Origin: an uncultured Vicinamibacterales bacterium
GTDB taxonomy: Bacteria; Acidobacteriota; Vicinamibacteria; Vicinamibacterales; JAKQTR01
Direction of reading: 5' to 3'
Assembly: GCA_964358795.1 (NCBI GenBank)
Contig: CAYHRK010000004.1
Location: 1 to 40,505 of the forward strand
Length of the DNA: 40,505 nucleotides
The first letter of the stretch is position 1, and each line of letters opens with the position of its first letter. This document shows, piece after piece, positions 26,901-33,160 of this stretch. The position numbers were made by a program, and so were the translations under genes. The notes below the pieces were generated by a model. It saw only the letters and a program-made list of their open reading frames with translations. It ran no database searches and was not told the DNA's origin.

Positions 26901-27148
26901 CCGCCGGCTGCGCCTCCGACGTACATCGTGCTGATGTCGCCGGGCAGGCCGACCATGACCGACGTGCGGCCCGTCTGCGCGGTGGGGCCGATGTTGCGCC
27001 ATTGGATCCTCTTGAGGGCGTCGCCCTCGGGCGCCGCCATGGTCCCGCTCTGTGCGGCAAGCGGTGATTGACCGCCGCCCAGAAGTGCCGCAGCCAGGCA
27101 AGCCCCGGCCACAAGCGGAGTCGCTCCAAGCAAGTGCGTCGTGCTCAT
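23951..27148 (-). CDS. BNR/Asp-box repeat protein (sortilin/VPS10-like, often annotated glycosyl hydrolase)
   Basis: Signal peptide, then at least 10 Asp-box (S-x-D-x-G-x-T-W) repeats: TNGGVSWK, SIDAGDHWT, TVDGGRSWK, SSDGGATWT, TDDAGATWR, SEDGGRNF, SYDGGQTF, TRNYGQSWD, TRDGGKTWT, TADFGKTWT, SWDDGARW. Start taken at the ATG at 27146-27148, with GAGG 6 nt upstream. The track uses the GTG at 27151. Confidence 0.9.
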   Translation of the reverse strand: MSTTHLLGATPLVAGACLAAALLGGGQSPLAAQSGTMAAPEGDALKRIQWRNIGPTAQTGRTSVMVGLPGDISTMYVGGAAGGIFKTTNGGVSWKPIFDDQTNISIGAIAIAPSDPSVIYVGTGEGNPRNSASVGDGVYKSIDAGDHWTPLGLTDTDKIARIVVDPRNADLAYVCALGHTWGPNEERGLFKTVDGGRSWKKVLYKNDLTGCSDVDIDSGNANVVYAGMFTFRRWAWYTESGGGETAVYKSSDGGATWTRLSGPNANRGLPKGAMDRIGISVAQSNPNIVYVISETTVEGEVWRTDDAGATWRMVNNDPNTNFRPFYYSDIRVDPQHPNTVYALSGPLLKSEDGGRNFVRIGSGTHGDHQGMWIDPTNPLRVLSADDGGFQISYDGGQTFDVLNNIPFTQFYHVAYDMQTPYRLCGGLQDNGTWCGPSQSPGAPGTPTSAWVNVGGGDGFSAVPDLSAPHLVYNNLQGGVISLTDTRTGASWGINPYPAGIGSSGQWMEPQKYRFNWNAPIVLSPQDPKTVYYGGNVLFRTRNYGQSWDVISPDVTTNDKSKQKSSGGPIVTDNTAAEFHCTIIAIGPSRVDPNVIWVGTDDGNVQVTRDGGKTWTNTFKDAPGLATFAWISTVDASPFDAGTAYVSASHWQDNDYAPYFYRTADFGKTWTKITTGLPARGWSHVIREDLRTKGLLYAGTENGLYASWDDGARWVSIRNNMPPVPVRDLVIHPRDNDIIVATHGRGFYILDDAAALQGLGKAMKTEAYLFPTRPAVRWAASSGMFRSNQRDWMAPNPPAGAYFDVYLRNSTPEPVTITITDKAGKTVRVLREPRAAAGVTRVVWNLRYDNPSAPRPAAPVPGMADVPPAIAERFGGGNQGPMALPGEYGVKVKAGAQELTGTVRVVLDPAVQASPADVQVQLDASFTMMAMQGRVNAIIDRVDGLMTQLTAFQATIAPQSPAPAYRADVRAALDKLKAFRDTDLARPLPGLGYRQYPRLREDVQSIAGGVARGFRPLTEGEKLRMKELAELTDKAAVKLNGIITGDIAKINDATQTIPRIVGDLVK

Positions 27149-27241
27149 CACTCACCTCGTCCTTCGCGTGAATTGACGCGATACGATCAGGGACCTGTCG
27201 GATCCGTCGACGGGGAAACCGCCCGGCAGTCTAGCACACGC

Positions 27242-27328
27242 GGGGGGGCCGCCGGGGACGGCCTGGGGTGACGGCCAGGGGTGACGGCCTGGGGTGAAGC
27301 GGCGGTGAAGCGCTGGGGACGGTGAGGG
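27242..27328 (+). repeat. G-tract tandem array (about 13-nt period)
   Basis: Seven G3-7 runs: 27242-48, 27254-57, 27265-68, 27278-81, 27291-94, 27315-18, 27326-28. They are embedded in the units ggggtgacggcca / ggggtgacggcct / ggggtgaagcggc. The array lies in the divergent region between the BNR and POT genes. Confidence 0.65.
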
Positions 27329-27389
27329 CCCCGCTCGAGAACGCGCCATTGACGGACCGCCCACGAACGTTGCACGATCCACGGACCTG

Positions 27390-28664
27390 ATGCCTATGAC
27401 CACACAACCCCCAGCCACCACGTCACATCCCGCGGGCCTCTACGTCCTGTTCTTCACCGAGCTCTGGGAACGCTACAGCTTCTACGCGCTGATGGCGATC
27501 CTGACGCTCTACATGGACGAGGCGCTCCACTTCCCGCAGGCTACGAGCGCGCAAGTGTACGGCGTGTTTCTTGCGGGCGTCTACTTCATGCCGCTGGTCG
27601 GCGGATTTGTCGCGGACCGCTGGCTGGGATTCTCCCGCGCGGTGATTCTCGGTGCGGTGCTCATGGGCTTTGGCCAACTCTCGTTGTCGATGGGAGGCAC
27701 CACGGCGTTCTTCCTCGGCCTGGCGCTGGTCGCATCGGGCACAGGGATGCTCAAGCCCAACATCTCGACGATCGTCGGCAACCTGTACCGAGACCGCCGC
27801 GAGCTGTCTGACGCGGCGTTCAACATTTTCTATATGGGCATCAACACCGGCGCGTTCGTGGCGCCGATGATCGTGGCGTGGCTGCGCAATCACTACGGCT
27901 GGGGCGCCGCCTTCATGTCGGCGGCGATCGCGATGGTCCTCGCCATCGGTACGTTCATCGGGTTCAGGCGGCACCTGCCCACCGACGACACGAAGGCCGA
28001 TAGGCAGGCCACAGCCGACGCCGGCGGATCTAGCGACGATCGCTCGCGCATCGTCGCCCTGCTGGTCGTCTTCGCCATCGTCGTCGTCTTCTGGGTGGCC
28101 TTCTACCAGAACGGATTCACAATGACGCTATGGGCGCGAGACAACACCGATACCACGATTTCGCCCGAGGTGTTCCAGTCGGTGAACCCGCTCGGCATCA
28201 TCCTGTTTTCGCCGGTGCTGGTCGGGCTCTGGGCCGCGCTGCGGCGGCGGAACGCCGAGCCATCCACGCCGGCGAAGATCGTGATCGGCATGATCCTGAC
28301 GGCGCTGACGTTCGGCATCATGGCCGCGGCGGGCATGATGGGCGGCGACACCGGCAAGGTGTCGGCGTCGTGGCTGGTGTCGGCGTACCTCGCGATCGCA
28401 CTGGGCGAAATCTGCGTCAGTCCGATGGGTCTTTCCCTGGTCACCAAGGTTGCGCCACCGAAGCACCGCGCCACCATGATGGGCGCGTGGTTTGCCGCCA
28501 CGGCCACCGGCGGCTATCTGGCCGGGTTCCTTGGGCGGTACTGGGGACAGATGGCGCACAGCCAGTTCTTCCTGATGGTGGCGGGGCTGTGCGTGCTGGC
28601 AGCGGTCGTGATGGCCATTGCCAGCAAAGGGCTTGGAAAAGTGTTTGCGGCGGCGACGAAATAG
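27390..28664 (+). CDS. POT/PTR2 family di-/tripeptide:proton symporter (MFS)
   Basis: PTR2 signature region FFTELWERYSFYALMAILTLYM and GGFVADRWLG. About 12 TM segments. Confidence 0.9.
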   Translation: MPMTTQPPATTSHPAGLYVLFFTELWERYSFYALMAILTLYMDEALHFPQATSAQVYGVFLAGVYFMPLVGGFVADRWLGFSRAVILGAVLMGFGQLSLSMGGTTAFFLGLALVASGTGMLKPNISTIVGNLYRDRRELSDAAFNIFYMGINTGAFVAPMIVAWLRNHYGWGAAFMSAAIAMVLAIGTFIGFRRHLPTDDTKADRQATADAGGSSDDRSRIVALLVVFAIVVVFWVAFYQNGFTMTLWARDNTDTTISPEVFQSVNPLGIILFSPVLVGLWAALRRRNAEPSTPAKIVIGMILTALTFGIMAAAGMMGGDTGKVSASWLVSAYLAIALGEICVSPMGLSLVTKVAPPKHRATMMGAWFAATATGGYLAGFLGRYWGQMAHSQFFLMVAGLCVLAAVVMAIASKGLGKVFAAATK

Positions 28665-28715
28665 GAAGCCTGGTCCTGATCACCGTCCAGGGCTGAGACG
28701 AACGGAGCACCCGAC

Positions 28716-30302
28716 GTGTCCACGTCCCTAACGCTGATCGGCCGCTATCAGGTCGTGCGGCGACTCGGCAGCGGCGGCATGGGATCGGTGTACCTGGCGC
28801 GCGATCCGGAACTCGATCGGGCGGTCGCCATCAAGCTCGTCAAAGACGACCTGACCGACGATCCCGAACTGCGCGAGCGCTTCTCGCGCGAGGCACGCTC
28901 GGCGGCCCGCCTGCGCCACCCGAACATCATCACCATTTTCGACATCGGCGAGCACGAAGGACGTCCGTTCATCGCCATGGAGTACCTGCCAGGCGAGAGT
29001 CTGGCCGACATCATCCGCCGGCAGCCTGCCATCGAGTTGTCTCGCGTGCTGCGCTGGATGGAGAATCTCAGTCGGGGGCTGGCGCACGCGCATCGGGCCG
29101 GCATTGTGCATCGCGACATCAAGCCTGCCAACCTGATGGTCGATCCCGATGGGGTGCTGAAAATCGTGGACTTCGGCATTGCGCGGCTCGGCGACTCGTC
29201 GCTGACGCGAGACGGCATGCTGGTGGGCACCGCCAACTACATGGCGCCCGAGCAGTTGCTAGGCTCTGGCGCCGATCGGCGCTGCGACATTTTCGCCGTC
29301 GGTGCGGTGTTCTACGAGTTGCTGACCGCCCGCAAGGCGTTTCCTGGAACGATTGCCGACGGCTTGTTCAACCGCATCTGCCACGAGCCGCCAGAGCCGC
29401 TGGCCAAACTGTGTCCCGATCTTGATCCCGAGGTGCAACGTATTGTGGCGATGGCACTCGAGAAGGATCCGGCCCGCCGCTATCAGGACCTGGACACGGT
29501 CGCGCACGACATCGCCAACGAGCGACTCGGCTTATTTGGCGGATTGGACGATGCCGGACCGGGAGGACTGGGTTCGCCCGACGCCATGTTGACCAGCGCG
29601 CCGACCGCCACGTCGCGCCCGGGCGCGACGCCGAACGCCGGCCGGACCCCGTACCCGGGTTCCACGCCACCGTCCGGATCGGCGCGGTCGCAGGCCACAC
29701 CCCGGTCGGGCGCCACGCCGGCACCATCGGGCGTGTCGGCCCCGCTGGTCACCCCCGTGCCGTCGGCGTACGGCACCACACCGGCGGCGCGTGGGGTGCC
29801 GGGCACCGGCGAAGACGTGCAGACTCAGCGGAAGCGGCGCGCCGAGGTGTTTCTGGACGCGGCCGAAATGGCGCTAGGGCAGCGCGACTTCGCCAAGGCC
29901 AAGGCCCTGCTGGATGACGCGGCGCGGTTCGACAGCCAAGCGCCAGGCCTGGTCGAGATGCGCGCGCAGGTGGAGCGCGAGGCTGCGCAGGTGGAAGACG
30001 CCGAGCGGCTTCGACGCCAGGCCGATGACGAGCTGCGAACGGCCAGCGGCTGCCTGAGCCGGGGCGAGTTTGCCCAGGCCCGTCAGCACCTGGAGCGCGT
30101 GTTGGCCATCGATCCCGGTAACTTCCAAGCGGCGTCCTTCTCGACCCGCCTGCAGCGCGCGGAAACGGCGACCCGCAGCGCACCCTCTCGGCCCCGGGTT
30201 CGTAGCCATGCGCCATCCGGCCGCCTGCCGATCTTCTGGATCGTGGGGGGCGGCGCGGTCCTGCTGGCCGCCACTGCGGCGCTCTATCTCGCGCTGCGCT
30301 AA
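28716..30302 (+). CDS. Hanks-type Ser/Thr protein kinase with Pro/Thr-rich linker, TPR-like helical region and C-terminal TM anchor
   Basis: GTG start with GGAG 9 nt upstream. GSGGMGSVYLA, VAIKLV, HRDIKPANL, DFGIA, APE. The linker has 7 TP dipeptides. The final 22 residues, IFWIVGGGAVLLAATAALYLAL, are a TM helix. Confidence 0.92.
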   Translation: MSTSLTLIGRYQVVRRLGSGGMGSVYLARDPELDRAVAIKLVKDDLTDDPELRERFSREARSAARLRHPNIITIFDIGEHEGRPFIAMEYLPGESLADIIRRQPAIELSRVLRWMENLSRGLAHAHRAGIVHRDIKPANLMVDPDGVLKIVDFGIARLGDSSLTRDGMLVGTANYMAPEQLLGSGADRRCDIFAVGAVFYELLTARKAFPGTIADGLFNRICHEPPEPLAKLCPDLDPEVQRIVAMALEKDPARRYQDLDTVAHDIANERLGLFGGLDDAGPGGLGSPDAMLTSAPTATSRPGATPNAGRTPYPGSTPPSGSARSQATPRSGATPAPSGVSAPLVTPVPSAYGTTPAARGVPGTGEDVQTQRKRRAEVFLDAAEMALGQRDFAKAKALLDDAARFDSQAPGLVEMRAQVEREAAQVEDAERLRRQADDELRTASGCLSRGEFAQARQHLERVLAIDPGNFQAASFSTRLQRAETATRSAPSRPRVRSHAPSGRLPIFWIVGGGAVLLAATAALYLALR

Positions 30303-30304
30303 CC

Positions 30305-30530
30305 CGGACTATTCATGAATGCTGGCATAGTCCGCCCCCCGTGGTTCGGCGTGGCTCACCACGCCCTGAGCTTGTCGAAGGGCGGGCTTCGACTTCGGCC
30401 AGCATTCTTCGGCCTCCGCTCAGGGTTAGCCCTGAGCAAGGCGCGCCAGCGCCGCGTCGAAGCCGGCGCCGTCGAGAAACAGCGACAGCCGGCGCGTTAT
30501 TCGTGAACGCGGCTGCGTTCATGAATAATG
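30305..30530. repeat. MITE/REP-like composite element with terminal inverted 12-mers
   Basis: attcatgaatgc (30311-30322) and gcgttcatgaat (30515-30526) match as inverted repeats at 11 of 12 positions; a third copy, attcgtgaacgc, sits at 30499-30510. Internal inverted repeats: cggactat/atagtccg (30305-12 / 30327-34), gaatgctggc/gccagcattc (30317-26 / 30399-408), gctcaggg-tta-gccctgagc (about 30418-30437). It fills the gap between convergent genes. Confidence 0.45.
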
Positions 30531-30540
30531 CGGGCTAATG

Positions 30541-30975
30541 CTAGCGGCTGGGAGACACCATCTGTTCCAGCATGTCGGCGCGCATGCGTTCGTCTCGGGC
30601 CACAACGCGCAGCACGTCCGACACGGAGACCATGCCTAGGTAGGCGCCCTCGGATTCGACCACCAGCAGATGGAAGATGTCGTGCTGGTCCATGAAGCGC
30701 AGGCATTCGTCGAGCGTCGTGTCGGGACCGACCGTGACGAGATCGCGCGTCATGATCACGGATGCGGGCATGATGGTGGGACACCGGTACTCGGCCACCA
30801 CCTTGTCCGACATGTCGGCCTGGGAGATCACCCCCACCAATGCGCCAGCACCGTCGAGCACGCCGACCGATCGCACCCGTTTGTCGCGGAGGTATCGTGC
30901 CACCTCGTGGGTGGTGTCTGTCTCCCGCACCGAATAGACTTCCCGACGCACGCCGATCAGTTCGGCCACCGTCAT
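30541..30975 (-). CDS. Standalone CBS-pair domain protein
   Basis: 144 aa from the ATG at 30973-30975, with AAGGAGG 5 nt upstream. Two CBS motifs (VYSVRETDTTHEVARYLRDKRVRSVGVLD.. and IMTRDLVTVGPDTTLDECLRFMDQHDIFHLLVVE). The track start at 31161 is implausible. Confidence 0.85.
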   Translation of the reverse strand: MTVAELIGVRREVYSVRETDTTHEVARYLRDKRVRSVGVLDGAGALVGVISQADMSDKVVAEYRCPTIMPASVIMTRDLVTVGPDTTLDECLRFMDQHDIFHLLVVESEGAYLGMVSVSDVLRVVARDERMRADMLEQMVSPSR

Positions 30976-31124
30976 GGGGGCCTCCTTGTGGAAGGGGAAT
31001 ACTGGGAAGGATGGTAGCGCCGATGCAGGCCGCTCGCAAGCACCGAGTTGGGGGATCAGTGGTGACGCCTGTGCAGCCCACTCGTCCTGGTGTACCGCAT
31101 CGCTGATGTTCAGGGAGGGAAACC

Positions 31125-31484
31125 GTGACTTACGAACAGTGGAAGATGGCGCCGGCCACACGAGCCCGGTTCATCCTGCGGTTGGTGACCCATGGCGCCT
31201 GGGCCGCTCTCTTGCTGGTTTTCTCCCTCGGGATCGGCATGGCGGGCTACGTCCACTTCGAGGGGCTGAACTGGGTTGACGCCTTTCTGAACGCGTCGAT
31301 GCTGCTTGGCGGCATGGGGCCGGTGGACCGTCCGCTGACGCAAGGCGGCAAGCTGTTTGCCGGTGGCTACGCCCTGTATTCGGGTCTGGTGGTGCTCGTC
31401 GGGTTTGCCATCATCATGGCTCCGGCCATCCATCGACTGTTGCACTACTTCCACTTGGAAGGAGAAGCCGAAGGCTGGAAATGA
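31125..31484 (+). CDS. 2-TM pore-loop (Ion_trans_2-like) membrane protein with non-canonical filter
   Basis: GTG start with GGGAGGG 5 nt upstream. TM1 AWAALLLVFSLGIGMAGYVHF; pore-helix-like NWVDAFLNASMLL; filter position GGMGP instead of TVGYGD; TM2 GKLFAGGYALYSGLVVLVGFAIIMAPAI. Confidence 0.6.
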   Translation: MTYEQWKMAPATRARFILRLVTHGAWAALLLVFSLGIGMAGYVHFEGLNWVDAFLNASMLLGGMGPVDRPLTQGGKLFAGGYALYSGLVVLVGFAIIMAPAIHRLLHYFHLEGEAEGWK

Positions 31485-31505
31485 TCCTGCAGCCGGCGAC
31501 GGGTG

Positions 31506-32270
31506 CTACCAGGGAAGCTTCCCATCGGTGGGTGCCGGCGTCCGCGGGCGGGGCTTGATGCCCGGAGGAATCCAGCCGGTGAATCTTTCCCGCGTCAGTG
31601 GATCGGTCATCCAGGACGTGTCGGGCAACGGCAGCCGGTCGGCCTCGGCGGCGCCAAGCCAGCCTTGCGGAAGCGCCATTTGTGACGTCGTGCCCTTGCG
31701 TGTGATCCACCGCATGACGCGCTGCTCGTCGCAGGCCACGGCCAGGCCCAGCGTCAACTGCACGTCACGCACGCAGTAGTCGAGCACTTCGGCGTACCGC
31801 CCTTCGGCCCACAGGGCCGGTGCGCGGGCGCCGCCGACAGCGTGATCTTTCGTGCCGAGACCCATCGCCTGCGCCGCCTTGTCGAGCGCCAGGGGAAACC
31901 CGCGTTCGCAGACCACGTGGAACATCATGTCCACGTGTCGCCAGGCCAGTTGCGCGCACTCGGCGGTCAGGCCCGACTCTTCCGATAACACGTCGAAGTC
32001 GAACCCTAGGCCGTTCCAGGTCACCAGCGTGTAGCCGGTACGGACCAGATCGCCAAGATCGGCCACCAGCGCGCGAGCCTCATCGCGGCTCAGCACCGGC
32101 GCGGGCGTCCCATCCATGGTGCGACCGTACCACGTCAGCGGTTTCGGCAGATCGCTGGCCACCGCGGCGGCGCAACACATTCCGAGCGGCCGATGCGACA
32201 GCAGGTCGGCGGTCTCTTCTGGCAGGATCTTGGCGGTTTCGATATCGAAGGCGAGATAGCGTTTGGGCAT
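31506..32270 (-). CDS. DEDDy 3'-5' exonuclease, RNase H-like fold (PolB-exonuclease-domain-like)
   Basis: ExoI LAFDIET, ExoII LVTWNGLGFDFDVL, ExoIII YCVRDVQLT. A 70-aa Pro/Trp-rich C-terminal tail. Confidence 0.7.
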   Translation of the reverse strand: MPKRYLAFDIETAKILPEETADLLSHRPLGMCCAAAVASDLPKPLTWYGRTMDGTPAPVLSRDEARALVADLGDLVRTGYTLVTWNGLGFDFDVLSEESGLTAECAQLAWRHVDMMFHVVCERGFPLALDKAAQAMGLGTKDHAVGGARAPALWAEGRYAEVLDYCVRDVQLTLGLAVACDEQRVMRWITRKGTTSQMALPQGWLGAAEADRLPLPDTSWMTDPLTRERFTGWIPPGIKPRPRTPAPTDGKLPW

Positions 32271-32299
32271 AGGTGAGATGTCCGCCGAGCTTGTCCTAG

Positions 32300-32710
32300 T
32301 TTGGCCCAGTGTACGTCGACTCCGATAATCGACAGCAAACCGCGAGCCATTCTCGCGCGCAACGCCGTGCGCCGGGATGCGACCGCCGATCTATCCGACC
32401 TGGCGAATCCTGCCAACTCGAAGGCCCTTGCCGAACGCACATTCTGCCACCGTGCCGCCATGGGCGTGAGGCAACTAGCGAGGCGCCGCCTCAAACTGCC
32501 GATCCCTCTCGCGGGCGCCTTCGTCTTCGGCTACGGCGGCCGGGGGGCGCGGCGGATTTGGCGGCTCGGCGCAAGGGGCGATTGTGGCACCTGGACGCTA
32601 CCAGGCCGTGCTGGCCCGACTCGATGGCGACAAGGTGACTCCCATCGGGCCGTCGCAGTCGTTCTTCGTGGTGCAGATCCCTCAATGGGGACCCGCGGGA
32701 TCTCGGCAAC
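32300..32710 (+). pseudogene. 5'-truncated, frameshifted remnant that continues into the PEGA ORF
   Basis: Protein-like sequence runs in frame 0 (IIDSKPRAILARNAV..DLSDLANPANS..FVFGYGGRG). After a G6 run at 32542-47 it continues in frame 1 (GGFGGSAQGAIVAPGRYQAVLARLDGDKVTPIGPSQSFFVVQIPQW). After a G4 run at 32687-90 it continues in frame 2 (DPRDLGNVQVVPEP..). There is no credible start or signal peptide. Confidence 0.4.
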
Positions 32711-32974
32711 GTGCAGGTTGTGCCAGAGCCAGCTTCCGCCGAGTCTGGTTTCGGCCAGCTCGCGATCCGTTCGCAGCCGCCGGATGCGGAGGTCCTGATT
32801 GACGGCGAACATTGGGAGGGATCGCAGGAGGAGAACCGGCTCGTGGTCAATCTGGCCGCCGGGTCGCACCGAATCGAAATCCGGAAGGCCGGCTTTGCGA
32901 CCTTCGTGAAGACGATTCAGGTGAAACCTGGCGAAACCGCGGTCGTGAACGTCAGCCTGACCCCACAGCGTTGA
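32711..32974 (+). CDS. PEGA domain ORF, probably the C-terminal part of the decayed gene upstream
   Basis: QLAIRSQPPDAEVLIDGEHWEG..LAAGSHRIEIRKAGFATFVKTIQVKPGETAVVNVSL fits the PEGA beta-sandwich pattern. GTG start with only a weak SD. Followed by a strong hairpin. Confidence 0.5.
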   Translation: MQVVPEPASAESGFGQLAIRSQPPDAEVLIDGEHWEGSQEENRLVVNLAAGSHRIEIRKAGFATFVKTIQVKPGETAVVNVSLTPQR

Positions 32975-32978
32975 GGAA

Positions 32979-33015
32979 CTGGCAGGGCCGGGGCCGTCCG
33001 CCCCGGCCTTGCCAG
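32979..33015 (+). terminator. Strong GC hairpin (terminator-like, no U-tract)
   Basis: ctggca-g-ggccggggc-cgtcc-gccccggcc-ttgccag: a 9-bp perfect core stem extended by 6 further pairs. It starts 5 nt after the PEGA ORF stop. Confidence 0.5.
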
Positions 33016-33097
33016 GGTTCCCGTCTCCCATCTTCCTGTTCAACCTGGCGCTTTCCTGGCCGATGACGCGTGGCCCCCCAGTGCCCGGTCCGGCCGT

Positions 33098-33126
33098 TTG
33101 CACTGCATGCCCGCCAGAGGTAGTAT
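33098..33126 (+). promoter_or_regulatory. Candidate sigma70-like promoter (TTGCAC-17 nt-TAGTAT)
   Basis: -35 ttgcac at 33098-33103, a 17-nt spacer, -10 tagtat at 33121-33126. It lies 35 nt upstream of the S9 peptidase GTG. Confidence 0.35.
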
Positions 33127-33160
33127 CCCGGCGTCGCTTCTTGAGGAGGAGACCATCATC

